From an uncultured Bacteroidota bacterium (lineage in GTDB: Bacteria; Bacteroidota; Bacteroidia; JABEUT01), in assembly GCA_963767125.1 (NCBI GenBank), contig CAVYDB010000002.1, positions 71,991 through 135,990 on the forward strand: DNA of 64,000 nt, given 5' to 3'. Each line of letters starts with the position of its first letter. Position 1 is the first letter of the stretch. The position numbers and the translations under genes were made by a program. Below the pieces are notes generated by a model. That model saw only the letters and a program-made list of their open reading frames with translations, ran no database searches and was not told the DNA's origin. Positions 46,741-56,313 of the stretch are shown piece after piece.

Positions 46741-47253
46741 TTAATGATGGATGAGGGGTGTTCTCAAGTGCTTTAGTAATGATTCAATCATACTTGCATC
46801 ATCGGGAGAAATAACGATTTTGTCCTTCTTACCTTTAAGTATTATCAATAGCTTGTTTTTTCCATTGGTGGCATACATTCTGAAACTTCCAAGTTTTGTA
46901 TTAGCATAGTACCCCGTATAGCCAAATAATCCTCCGTTTCCGGCGGTCCTTATAGTCCATTTAAAATCCTCTTTGGTGAGCAATCTGGCGCTTTCGATAT
47001 CTGATAATAGAATCTCTTTATTAAACATTGAAAATGGTCTGTCAATAATTAATTTCTCATCAGTTATCTGGTAAGATACTACCCTATAAGGATAAAGACA
47101 TAGTATTAATAAAGCGGGTACAACACTAACAATTAAACCACTATACCAGGGATCAAGAATTAAAGACATAATTATTCCGCCAATTAACATAAGGAAAATA
47201 AATCCTGTTAATATTTTAGATGCAGTGTCCAGACTTGCAGAGTATGTTTCCAT
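46741..47253 (-). CDS. Membrane protein with a bacterial PH-like domain
   Basis: Two N-terminal TM helices, then a ~100-aa soluble domain. It is the last gene of the DUF2089 operon. Confidence 0.45.
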   Translation of the reverse strand: METYSASLDTASKILTGFIFLMLIGGIIMSLILDPWYSGLIVSVVPALLILCLYPYRVVSYQITDEKLIIDRPFSMFNKEILLSDIESARLLTKEDFKWTIRTAGNGGLFGYTGYYANTKLGSFRMYATNGKNKLLIILKGKKDKIVISPDDASMIESLLKHLRTPLIHH

Positions 47254-47257
47254 AATT

Positions 47258-47830
47258 TTATTTGAATAGTAAAGTGAGCAATACTTTTGAAAAAACCTCT
47301 GCTATGAATAGCGAAACAATGAAAGACCAAACCGCTTTAGTTCCCTTTAAATTTGTGGAAACGGAATAAGCATTAAACATAAGTGCAACAGTCCATATTA
47401 TAAATGGCAGAACAGCAAGACCCATAATTGCCAGTTTGACTATTAGATCCGGATTGGTTTGAATGGCATTCAGCACCTCCTGAGGGGTTTTAATATCAGG
47501 TATAAAGAATATCGTAATAATTGCCGCAAAAAATAATGGATACCGTGCCAGGGCAGTGGTTCCGGCTACATCAATAAAACGAACGGATGAAACCGATAGC
47601 ATACGCCCGAATATGTAAAGAGTGACAGCAAATGAGAGCCAGTCGAGCGCAGGTTCAATTAATAATGCAGAAAAATTAATAGTAGCTGACTTGTGCATAT
47701 CAATAATCCCGTCCAAATGAATTGCGCCAAAATAACAGGCAATGGAAGTGATGAGCATCCCTGCTATACCCAATAGCAAAGACTTTCCGCCTGCTATATA
47801 CTTAAAAGGATTGAACAACCATGTTTTCAT
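47258..47830 (-). CDS. Polytopic membrane protein (hypothetical)
   Basis: 190 aa with 5 to 6 hydrophobic segments. Its start overlaps the upstream stop by 4 nt. Confidence 0.5.
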   Translation of the reverse strand: MKTWLFNPFKYIAGGKSLLLGIAGMLITSIACYFGAIHLDGIIDMHKSATINFSALLIEPALDWLSFAVTLYIFGRMLSVSSVRFIDVAGTTALARYPLFFAAIITIFFIPDIKTPQEVLNAIQTNPDLIVKLAIMGLAVLPFIIWTVALMFNAYSVSTNLKGTKAVWSFIVSLFIAEVFSKVLLTLLFK

Positions 47831-48150
47831 TTCTTAGGAGATTTTTGTGGTTTTTCAATTTCATCCATTCTTGTTATCAGGTCATCCAGCATATTACGGA
47901 CGGTGGGATAGCTTAATTTCATTTTTTCTGCCATCACTTTCAGGCTGCCACTGCATTTTACAAATGCGATAATAAATACCTGGTCATCTGCATTGAGCCT
48001 TGCTAAGAGCGGCAAATCAAACTCACCTGTTACTTCCGTTGCGCAGTTTCCGCACACAAGACTTTTCACATTCAGCGGAGAGGAGCAAGAAGGGCAATTA
48101 TGAGGCAGTCTTTTTAACATATCATTCTGATTAGGATGCAAAATTAACAA
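47827..48150 (-). CDS. DUF2089-like Zn-ribbon/HTH protein
   Basis: 'CPSCSSPL...LVCGNCATEVTGEF' is followed by the HTH-like 'MAEKMKLSYPTVRNMLDDL'. Confidence 0.6.
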   Translation of the reverse strand: MLILHPNQNDMLKRLPHNCPSCSSPLNVKSLVCGNCATEVTGEFDLPLLARLNADDQVFIIAFVKCSGSLKVMAEKMKLSYPTVRNMLDDLITRMDEIEKPQKSPKK

Positions 48151-48231
48151 GTATTTTAATATAATTAAGTATGTATTTAATATTATTTAGTTTTTATTTG
48201 TATTTTTGCATTCCCATTTAATTTAAATGAT

Positions 48232-49197
48232 ATGAAAAACACATCGCTTTTTATTGCAGTCTTTGCTGCATTAGTTCATATTACCCCTGTGAATGGGGCT
48301 ACAGACACCACATGGACAGAAACTAAAATTACCCTTGAAACTAAAACCGGGCAGATATTCGGGACACTATGCACACCCAAAAATTTTGTGACAGGTCCGG
48401 TTGCAATTATAATTGCGGGTTCAGGTCCAACAGACAGGGATGGCAATAATACGATGGGTTTATCTACAGATGCTTATAAATTACTTGCCCATAAATTATC
48501 CGCTTCTAACATTGCAACTGTACGATATGATAAGAGGGGCATAGCTGAAAGCCGCGCCTCAATGAAGAGTGAATCTGAGTTGCGATTTGATGATTATGTG
48601 AACGATGCTACTGATTGGATTGAGATGCTTAAATCGGACAAGCGATTTACCAATATTATTGTGATAGGGCATAGTGAAGGTTCGCTTATCGGTATGATAG
48701 CGGCTAAAAATGGTGCTGCTGATAAATATATCTCTATTGCAGGAGCAGGAGAAAGCGCTGATAAAATATTAAAGACCCAATTAAAATCATGGCCACAACA
48801 GGGTAGGGATACTGCGTATAAAATTCTTGATAGCCTTGCAGCAGGAAAAACTGTGAGTCATGTGGACCCCACGCTGTATTCCCTTTTCAGACCGAGTGTA
48901 CAACCCTATATGATTTCCTGGATAAAATATAATCCGGCAGTGGAAATTGGCAAACTTTCCATTCCTGTTTTAATTCTTCAAGGCACAAAAGATATACAGG
49001 TAACAGTAGATGATGCGAAGGAACTTAGTGCAGGGAATAAAAATGCCACGTTGGTTTTGCTGGATAACATGAATCATATTTTCAGAGTCGTGGAAGGGAA
49101 CGACAGGCAGGGGAATATTGCTACTTATTCTATGCCAGCGTTACCAATTGACCCGGAATTAGTAACTGCCATTAGTAGTTTTATAAATAAGAAATAA
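48232..49197 (+). CDS. Secreted alpha/beta hydrolase
   Basis: Has a signal peptide and the nucleophile elbow 'GHSEGS'. The late 'D...H' ('GTKDIQV', 'NMNHIF') fits a Ser-Asp-His triad. Confidence 0.7.
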   Translation: MKNTSLFIAVFAALVHITPVNGATDTTWTETKITLETKTGQIFGTLCTPKNFVTGPVAIIIAGSGPTDRDGNNTMGLSTDAYKLLAHKLSASNIATVRYDKRGIAESRASMKSESELRFDDYVNDATDWIEMLKSDKRFTNIIVIGHSEGSLIGMIAAKNGAADKYISIAGAGESADKILKTQLKSWPQQGRDTAYKILDSLAAGKTVSHVDPTLYSLFRPSVQPYMISWIKYNPAVEIGKLSIPVLILQGTKDIQVTVDDAKELSAGNKNATLVLLDNMNHIFRVVEGNDRQGNIATYSMPALPIDPELVTAISSFINKK

Positions 49198-49202
49198 AGC
49201 GC

Positions 49203-49685
49203 TTAACTTAGTTTTTTATAAACCGTCCCTATGTAGTCAACAAAATCGGGTTCAAAGCCCTGTTGTCGTATTAGAGTTTGTATTTGCGCACGGTGATGGA
49301 TAGAGTGGTAGTTAAGTTGCAATGCAATATCTTGTGGTTTAGCGCTCCATTGCCCTCCGTCAAGACCAACATACGTTACCCATTCTGAAATTTCAACATC
49401 TGTTTTGTTGGAGAGATAATCGAGCCATAGTTGCAAGCTTTTATCCCACTCTTTGGTCCACCCATCTATAGAATAAAGCGGTTCCCACCAACTCATCTCA
49501 ATAGCCTTGGGGTCTTGTAAAATCCTTGCCATCCATTTGTATTGGCAATTTGCCAGATGGCTTAAAAATTTCATCGCTTGTTCCTTATCAGGAAGCAGTT
49601 GTACTTTTTCAAATACTTTTTTATTAGCATTGCTATTGTAATTGAAAGTTTCAATGAGGTATTTGGTCATTTCCATAATGAACAA
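49203..49685 (-). CDS. DinB-family protein
   Basis: Four-helix-bundle pattern with 'LSHLANCQYKW' and 'LNYHSIHHRAQI', the His-containing DinB motifs. Confidence 0.65.
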   Translation of the reverse strand: MFIMEMTKYLIETFNYNSNANKKVFEKVQLLPDKEQAMKFLSHLANCQYKWMARILQDPKAIEMSWWEPLYSIDGWTKEWDKSLQLWLDYLSNKTDVEISEWVTYVGLDGGQWSAKPQDIALQLNYHSIHHRAQIQTLIRQQGFEPDFVDYIGTVYKKLS

Positions 49686-49694
49686 CTATTTATT

Positions 49695-50084
49695 TTAAGT
49701 TTTTTTCTTCTTCTTCTTAGGTTTTGGTATTTTCCCTATTCGTTTATCTCCTTTCAACACAAGTTCACAAGCCCTGATAGCAGATGATTCAAAATCATCA
49801 CTATCGGAATGGAGCATTTGCCAGGATGTTTCGCGGGAGCCGTCATTTAAAACGGAAACAGTGGTGAGTGAGGGAAATTCCTTTTTCAGGCTTTTATGAT
49901 GCTCATAAGAAGTGGCAATCCAAAGCCCATTGGCTTCAGGGTGCGAATCCTTTTCACGAATGATAAATACAATTTGTTCTCCCACATACACTCCATAACA
50001 ACCGAAGAATGGTTTCAGATTTGGGTCCAGGGGAAGCAAACAATCAAGAATAAAAGGAAAGGGTATGTTTTTAGTTTTGGGCAT
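49695..50084 (-). CDS. Hypothetical protein (possibly TfoX-N-like) with a poly-Lys tail
   Basis: 129 aa. 'FFGCYGVYVGEQIVFIIREKD' loosely resembles the TfoX N-terminal domain. The C-terminus is 'KPKKKKKKT'. Confidence 0.35.
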   Translation of the reverse strand: MPKTKNIPFPFILDCLLPLDPNLKPFFGCYGVYVGEQIVFIIREKDSHPEANGLWIATSYEHHKSLKKEFPSLTTVSVLNDGSRETSWQMLHSDSDDFESSAIRACELVLKGDKRIGKIPKPKKKKKKT

Positions 50085-50085
50085 A

Positions 50086-50418
50086 TTATTTTAAATATTT
50101 CTTCGGTAGCTTAGCTTTAATATGTTCGTATGATTTGTAAATATACGCCTTAAGTGCTTTATCACTTATAGCATTTCTGTCTTTCAGGGTGACCCATTTG
50201 GCCCGGGCAAGATACGCTGCCGGAATAAATCCTTCAGTACTTACTATATCATCAAATTCATCTGGGCCGGTTTTAAATGTTACCTTTAAATCACCCTCTA
50301 AAGGAACTATGCAAAACATTTTACCACCGATACAAAAACACAAATCAGTTTCCCATTTTATGTCTTCGGTAACTCCCTTCAGAGATTTGCAATAATTCCG
50401 TATTTCTTCAATATTCAC
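50086..50418 (-). CDS. MmcQ/YjbR-family protein
   Basis: 110 aa with 'YCKSLKGVTEDIKWETDLCFCIGGKMFCI' and 'PAAYLARAKWVTL', which fit the YjbR family pattern. Confidence 0.6.
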   Translation of the reverse strand: MNIEEIRNYCKSLKGVTEDIKWETDLCFCIGGKMFCIVPLEGDLKVTFKTGPDEFDDIVSTEGFIPAAYLARAKWVTLKDRNAISDKALKAYIYKSYEHIKAKLPKKYLK

Positions 50419-52397
50419 GGGCTTGATTTCTTTTCAATAAAGAGAACCACTTTATTAAAATCAGCAGAAGCGTTAATCACATTGCGAAATTCCTCATATA
50501 TGCTAATTGGGTAACGGATTTCACGATAATCTTCATCAATAACTACCGTAATTTTATTCCCGTCTGTTTTATAATAGGAATGAAATTCCATATCTCTTTC
50601 TCCATTCGTTTCATGAAAAACATCCATGTTTACAGCATTTAAATTAGTTATTTTATATCCATCAGGTATTTCAAATTCAAGTTCCCTGAGGTATCCGTGG
50701 TTATGGTGATTTTCTACCGGGGTATGTCTTGTGGTATCATCATATAACTGTTGTTGTGGCCCGATTAAATCACCTATTTTAAATAAAAATTTATTTCCGG
50801 CTTGCTCTAATACACTATTCGTACTCAAATCTGCTTCCACCGAAAAAGGCTGCCTGAATAATTCACTTTCTTTATCTCCCGACACTTTAATATTGGAGGG
50901 CTTTGCATCCTGGAAAATTAATTGAACAAGTCTATTAATGACATCCTTTTTATCTTGATCTGATAAAGTAAAGTAAAGCGGCTGTATCTGGTATGCCTCA
51001 TAGCCGGTAAATGTTTCTTTCAAATGGATATTTGCCATACCCATGTCCAAATCAAATTTTAGGCTTTCAAATAAGTTATTCATACTTTGCTTCCAATCGT
51101 TGCAGCTAATTTCTTTTACCTCTGATATACCAGTTTTGAAATCTTTTCCGATAGTGATGGGGCGCATAAATAAACCTTGCTGACAAATCCAGTCTTCAGG
51201 TACAAAGCTATAGCGTGACAGGGGCTCTAAAGGTGCAATATAATTATCGGTACCGGGAAAATAAATGAGGTATTTCTGCAAATATGTCCAGGAATCAAAA
51301 TCGCCGTCGAAAGGTTTATCGAAGCGGTCAGACGTAAGTACAAACTCATGCTTTATTCCGACCGAGTTAAATAATTCATCATATACTTTTAGTATGCCTA
51401 ATTCATCGGTAGCGTGGTTGGCTAATATTGCCTGCAATGTATTACTGTTTTTACCAGTAATGTTTTCTTTTAAAGTAACCGAATGCTTCAGCATTTCCTC
51501 AATCTTCCTGATTTTTTCTTCTTCCTTTAAGCTACCTAATTTCATGGTGTCAGTCACTTTAGCTGCTAACTTCATATCTTTTTTAATAGTTTCTGAAGTT
51601 AGAGCTTCATAAAATTTCTGGCAGAAATCACTCCAGGTATCCAGCCTTACGTTAATATTTCCGTTTGCATTATAAGCATATTTATATTCCATTCGCATCA
51701 AAGCACCTTCTTCCCCGGAATACTCCTCACGGTCGTAACCTTTAATGTCTGTTCCTTCGCAAAAAATATGTCTTTTGCCGGTTGTAATGGTATCTAACTG
51801 TGCATCGGGAAACCCATTATAGCACTTGGTATCAAATATAAGACCCGGGGGAGAATAAATATCCAATCGCATATCCTTCACTAGGCTATTTACCTGGATG
51901 TAATCAGTACCGCTTTTCCGCGAAGGCTCTAAAAGGGTGTACATATATTCCACCTCGCAACCCGGCTCTATTCCATCTATCGCAAATATTTTGAAATGCC
52001 CCATATTCTGGTAATTATCCACATCTTTAATATTCGCTGAATTAAGCGTAGTTACCTTCCCATCCTTAGTAACAGACCTTGCTTGCACATTCTCTAAGGT
52101 AGTGCCTTCCTGCATGGGAATATAAACCGTATTAGCCTCATCTATGGCTTTCTCCGAGTTGACCCTGATAATCATGTGACGGGTGATGTACATTACAATA
52201 TCTCCTTCCTGTAGGTAATATTCTAGTATCCTTTTATCCTTAATTACAACCATTCCCATTTTTTGTTCATCGGCAGATAATAGATGGAGCTTGGGGATAG
52301 AATCCCAATGATAGCCTATATATTCAGGGATTGTTGGGGGTATCGAATCGTGGCTTTGTGCAAAGATATTTTGCAATAAGATAATGCAAAATAACAA
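50415..52397 (-). CDS. DUF3857/DUF3858-like protein (paralog of the adjacent transglutaminase-like gene, no obvious catalytic Cys box)
   Basis: 660 aa. Its size and position parallel 52428-54368. I did not find a 'DCKD'-type transglutaminase core. Confidence 0.45.
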   Translation of the reverse strand: MLFCIILLQNIFAQSHDSIPPTIPEYIGYHWDSIPKLHLLSADEQKMGMVVIKDKRILEYYLQEGDIVMYITRHMIIRVNSEKAIDEANTVYIPMQEGTTLENVQARSVTKDGKVTTLNSANIKDVDNYQNMGHFKIFAIDGIEPGCEVEYMYTLLEPSRKSGTDYIQVNSLVKDMRLDIYSPPGLIFDTKCYNGFPDAQLDTITTGKRHIFCEGTDIKGYDREEYSGEEGALMRMEYKYAYNANGNINVRLDTWSDFCQKFYEALTSETIKKDMKLAAKVTDTMKLGSLKEEEKIRKIEEMLKHSVTLKENITGKNSNTLQAILANHATDELGILKVYDELFNSVGIKHEFVLTSDRFDKPFDGDFDSWTYLQKYLIYFPGTDNYIAPLEPLSRYSFVPEDWICQQGLFMRPITIGKDFKTGISEVKEISCNDWKQSMNNLFESLKFDLDMGMANIHLKETFTGYEAYQIQPLYFTLSDQDKKDVINRLVQLIFQDAKPSNIKVSGDKESELFRQPFSVEADLSTNSVLEQAGNKFLFKIGDLIGPQQQLYDDTTRHTPVENHHNHGYLRELEFEIPDGYKITNLNAVNMDVFHETNGERDMEFHSYYKTDGNKITVVIDEDYREIRYPISIYEEFRNVINASADFNKVVLFIEKKSSP

Positions 52398-52427
52398 TAA
52401 TATATATTTTTTAAAAATACATAGAAG

Positions 52428-54368
52428 TTATTCTTTGGTCAGAGTCAATGTTTCGTTATAAGCTTTGGTAAGGCGTCGAATCATTTGGTTCCACTTGTCA
52501 AAATCTTCCGTATTTAGCATCAGTGTATTAATATAAATATAGCTCCGGTATATAACTTCGTTATCCTTCACTTCATAATTAATCTGAAACCCGAACATAG
52601 GGTCGGAATAACTGCTGTTAGCAGGAAGATAGGAGACCTTATATCCTTCCGGAATATCAAGAATATTTACATTTTTGTTAATGTTTTTATATTCAAATTC
52701 CAGCGGAGTTTCCCTGTCAGGTTCCATGAGATAATTACGGTATTCTTTTTCAAGTTGCATATTGATATATATGTCTTTTTCATTTTTCTGGAGGTAATCA
52801 TTAATTTCAAATTTATAGCGGATACCTAAATCTTTGTCTTTATCTTCGAGGTTATCAAAAGAGGAGGAATCAATCCTGAATTTATTATTGCCCTTTCCTA
52901 ACAAGGCTACCAGCAAGTCTTGCTTATCCTTATTTTCATAATTCAGGAGCTGCCTTCCTGTTATTATTTTTTCATAGCCCTTTGCTTTTAGATAGCCCTG
53001 TCCATTTATCACTGCATTATGGATAGTTAAAATAGCAGAGTCAATAAATTCATTTTTATCCGTGTCCATTTCAGGGACTTTCAAAATCTCATACTTTCCG
53101 GGTCCCTCACCTACCAGGGCATCTTTTCCCTGAATCATGGATGTATAAAAATTAAAAGGGGCATCCTTCCCGGTAGCATCTAAAAAATAATTCTTCCCGC
53201 CTTCGACATAGGTACAAATCATGTGATTAGTAGCCATGGGGGAAGGGACATCCGTGAATGAATATGGAATATCTCTTGTACCTATCCATGTTTTATAGGC
53301 TTCCAGACCTGCCGCCCTTATCATCTCTACCAACGTGCTTGCCATGTCTTTACAATCGCCAAACCGGCGGGAACATACCAACGTAGCTTCACGTGGAACA
53401 AAGCCCCCGAGACTATCTTCATAAGCTACGTAAGTTATATTATCCTGAACCCAGTAAAATATACGTTTCACTTTTTCAACATTGCTTGTTGCTCCTGCAG
53501 TAATGGAATCAACCAACTTTTTAACCTCCGGCGATATGGTTTTATTTACATCCTTAACATCGTTGTAAAACCAATCATACAAAGCGTCAGGGTCAGTCAT
53601 CACTTTTTTTTCTACTCCATTTTCTTTGTAGGAATCTAACAGTACAACAATATGAGGGGCATAATAAGCCAATGCGGGAGCATTATCATCAAACTTTAAT
53701 TTCCCGGCATTCTTAAGGCTCCATGTATATATCGTGTTTTCGCCGGCTTGTTTCATGGAGAATAGAATGTTGCTGTCCCTCACATTAAATAGTTTATATC
53801 GAATCTTAACTCCATTTGGTACCGTTACAGAATACGCTGCTTCGTTCGCAGGGGAATATGTTTTGAAAAAAAACCTTCCGAACAGGTGTGGGTCAGTAAT
53901 TTTTTCCGTGTAGGATAATACTTCTCTTGCTCCATTTTTTAATTCAGGGTAAGCAAACCTGTATGCCCGCTGATTATCATAAAATACACCTTCTGTTATT
54001 TCATTCGTGCGTGCAAAGTCTTTTACTTTTATCGTCTTGTATTTATCACCTTCAGGAATTAAGGAAAGGGCATCGAGGTTTTTTATAGATGAGAAATCTT
54101 CCCAATAAACCTCCCTGTTCATATATTCGGAAGTGTTGTCTGTCAATAACAAAAGCTCTTCATAAGTATTGGAATAAATAACAGGTGCATTATTTTCTAT
54201 CTTAATCACTGCATCTTCTTTGCGTGAAACAAATACGGCAGTTTCTGAAGAGTATTTTTTCCTCAACTGCGAATAAAAATCTTCCTTTTGAGAAAATCCG
54301 GTAATACTGCATAGCAGGAAAAACAAGCTGAGAATCTTATTTAAGCCTGATATTTTATTGCTGCACAT
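52428..54368 (-). CDS. DUF3857 / transglutaminase-like cysteine protease family protein
   Basis: I take the start at ATG 54368 ('MCSNKISGLNKILSLFFLLCS'). The transglutaminase core box is 'RRFGDCKDMASTLVEMIRAAG'. Confidence 0.65.
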   Translation of the reverse strand: MCSNKISGLNKILSLFFLLCSITGFSQKEDFYSQLRKKYSSETAVFVSRKEDAVIKIENNAPVIYSNTYEELLLLTDNTSEYMNREVYWEDFSSIKNLDALSLIPEGDKYKTIKVKDFARTNEITEGVFYDNQRAYRFAYPELKNGAREVLSYTEKITDPHLFGRFFFKTYSPANEAAYSVTVPNGVKIRYKLFNVRDSNILFSMKQAGENTIYTWSLKNAGKLKFDDNAPALAYYAPHIVVLLDSYKENGVEKKVMTDPDALYDWFYNDVKDVNKTISPEVKKLVDSITAGATSNVEKVKRIFYWVQDNITYVAYEDSLGGFVPREATLVCSRRFGDCKDMASTLVEMIRAAGLEAYKTWIGTRDIPYSFTDVPSPMATNHMICTYVEGGKNYFLDATGKDAPFNFYTSMIQGKDALVGEGPGKYEILKVPEMDTDKNEFIDSAILTIHNAVINGQGYLKAKGYEKIITGRQLLNYENKDKQDLLVALLGKGNNKFRIDSSSFDNLEDKDKDLGIRYKFEINDYLQKNEKDIYINMQLEKEYRNYLMEPDRETPLEFEYKNINKNVNILDIPEGYKVSYLPANSSYSDPMFGFQINYEVKDNEVIYRSYIYINTLMLNTEDFDKWNQMIRRLTKAYNETLTLTKE

Positions 54369-55431
54369 TTCCTTTCGTATTACTTTTATCTTCGAGCAAA
54401 ATTTTATCAGCCCATTGGGCAAATTCCCGGATATTTTTTTTGTTTTTCACAATATCTTTAGATATCGTTATATCATTTGTAGATGAGAGGATAAAGCAAA
54501 GATAAGGTTCGAGATATTGCTTCTGTTGCATTCGGGTGAAAAATGGCACATATTTTTCCATCCAATAATTGCCTGTGTTAGGGATATATTTTAGTTCCTC
54601 CATAAATAGTTGCAATTGCTTTGCCACATCATAGGTTAGTTTGGTTGTTGCTTTATACCCTTTGTTAGTGGCAATTTTTGAACGCACTATGAGGTCCAGC
54701 TCCATAAAGGCGCTGTCATGATACGCTGAGGGTGATACCTGGTACAATTTATTATAAGGGTAACTATTCTCAGTCATTTGTTCTATCAACGCTACTGCGG
54801 AATATGATCGGGGTGATTGAGGTTGGAGAACAAGATAAAACTGCAGGGAAAGCAAGGCAGGTACTAAACGACCTTGCTCTAAACAACAGACCCCTAAATA
54901 ATAATGGCTAAGGGCATCGTAGTTATCCATATCTATTGATTTTTCAAACGAGATTATTGCATCGGAAAAATTATGCATTTTATATTGAGCTAACCCAAGC
55001 GTAAAATATAGCTTGCGCACTCCCGGATATTGGGACAAAGCGGTATCCTTCAGTAATTTTATAGCATCGGCATAATTGTTATTGTCAATATAATAAGCGG
55101 AAGCCAATAAATTATAAAAATCAGGAGTATATTGACTTTTCAGGCTAATTCCTTTGCGGCATATAATTGTAGCCAAGCTATCCTGGTTTGATAAATCTTT
55201 CGCTATCGCATCTTCCAAAAGAGCCAGTTTATAATTTGTATCTGTAGGGGATACAGCTTCAAATAAAGCGCCGGCTTTAGTATATGCCCCGGTATCAGCA
55301 TACGAAATACCGAGGGAAATAGAATCAATTGAGTGGGAATTGGAGTCTTTCACCTGCCCTTTAGCAGGGGAGAGTATTAAAGAAAATGAAAGAATTGTAA
55401 GGCAAAAGCCGGAGGCGCGTATTATACTCAT
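54355..55431 (-). CDS. TPR-repeat protein (secreted)
   Basis: I take the start at ATG 55431, which gives a signal-like N-terminus. Several 34-aa TPR-like units are present ('YYIDNNNYADAIKLL', 'AQYKMHNFSDAIISFEKSI', 'HYYLGVCCLEQGRL'). Confidence 0.6.
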   Translation of the reverse strand: MSIIRASGFCLTILSFSLILSPAKGQVKDSNSHSIDSISLGISYADTGAYTKAGALFEAVSPTDTNYKLALLEDAIAKDLSNQDSLATIICRKGISLKSQYTPDFYNLLASAYYIDNNNYADAIKLLKDTALSQYPGVRKLYFTLGLAQYKMHNFSDAIISFEKSIDMDNYDALSHYYLGVCCLEQGRLVPALLSLQFYLVLQPQSPRSYSAVALIEQMTENSYPYNKLYQVSPSAYHDSAFMELDLIVRSKIATNKGYKATTKLTYDVAKQLQLFMEELKYIPNTGNYWMEKYVPFFTRMQQKQYLEPYLCFILSSTNDITISKDIVKNKKNIREFAQWADKILLEDKSNTKGNVQQ

Positions 55432-55566
55432 CAAATTATTATCCCGTAGTGTTCCACCGTCAATATTACGAAATAAGGGTAGTGTACCTATAGTTAGGGA
55501 TAGCAAATGTAGGCTAAATAACTTTTTTGCAAGTCATAAAAAAGGTTAATCCCAAAAATAGGTCTC

Positions 55567-56313
55567 TTATTGAGAAAGCAAGGACAACAATTCCACCTTT
55601 TTGTGCCGTGAAACTTCCAGCGATGAGCCCTCCGACATTACTACTTCTCCTCCTTCCCCTTTTAGGTATTTGCTTACATAACTCAGGTTGATAATGTAGG
55701 CTTTGTGGATGCGGAAAAATTGTTTGGAATTCAATAACGGCTCAAACTCTTTCAGGGTTTTTGAAGATGTTATTTTATGCCCCTGTATAAGATGGATATG
55801 GGTGTAATTAATGTCTCCCTTGAGATAAACGATGCTTTCCGTGTCCAGGTAAACTATTCCATCGGCTGAAGGTACAGGCAACCTATGTACTTTTTGAGAA
55901 AGGGTAGAAATAATTTTTTCCAGGTTTTTGTAGCCTTGAGGCTCACCTTTTCTTTTTTCTTCACATTTTTTTACGGCTGCCACCAACTCATCGGGAACGA
56001 TAGGTTTTAAGAGGTAATCAAGCGCATTGTGTTTAATGGCTTTTACGGCATATTCATTGTAAGCTGTGGTGAAAATCACTTCAAAGGAATGATTTTCAAA
56101 TCGCCGGAGAAGGTCAAAACCATTGGCAAAAGGCATTTCAATATCAAGGAAAACCACATCGGGTGAAGTTGCCGTTATACTCTTTTCTGCACTTTCTACC
56201 GAGTTGGCAATCCCGAGTAAATTTACATTGCTGCAATGCATTTTCAGGAGAGCCTCTAATGTCTTGGCGCCTAACACTTCATCATCCACAATTAGTGCAT
56301 TAAGCATACACAA
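55567..56313 (-). CDS. LytTR-family two-component response regulator
   Basis: Receiver domain ('LIVDDE', 'VFLDIEMP', 'ALDYLLKP') plus a C-terminal LytTR domain ('FFRIHKAYIINLSYV'). Confidence 0.85.
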   Translation of the reverse strand: MCMLNALIVDDEVLGAKTLEALLKMHCSNVNLLGIANSVESAEKSITATSPDVVFLDIEMPFANGFDLLRRFENHSFEVIFTTAYNEYAVKAIKHNALDYLLKPIVPDELVAAVKKCEEKRKGEPQGYKNLEKIISTLSQKVHRLPVPSADGIVYLDTESIVYLKGDINYTHIHLIQGHKITSSKTLKEFEPLLNSKQFFRIHKAYIINLSYVSKYLKGEGGEVVMSEGSSLEVSRHKKVELLSLLSQ

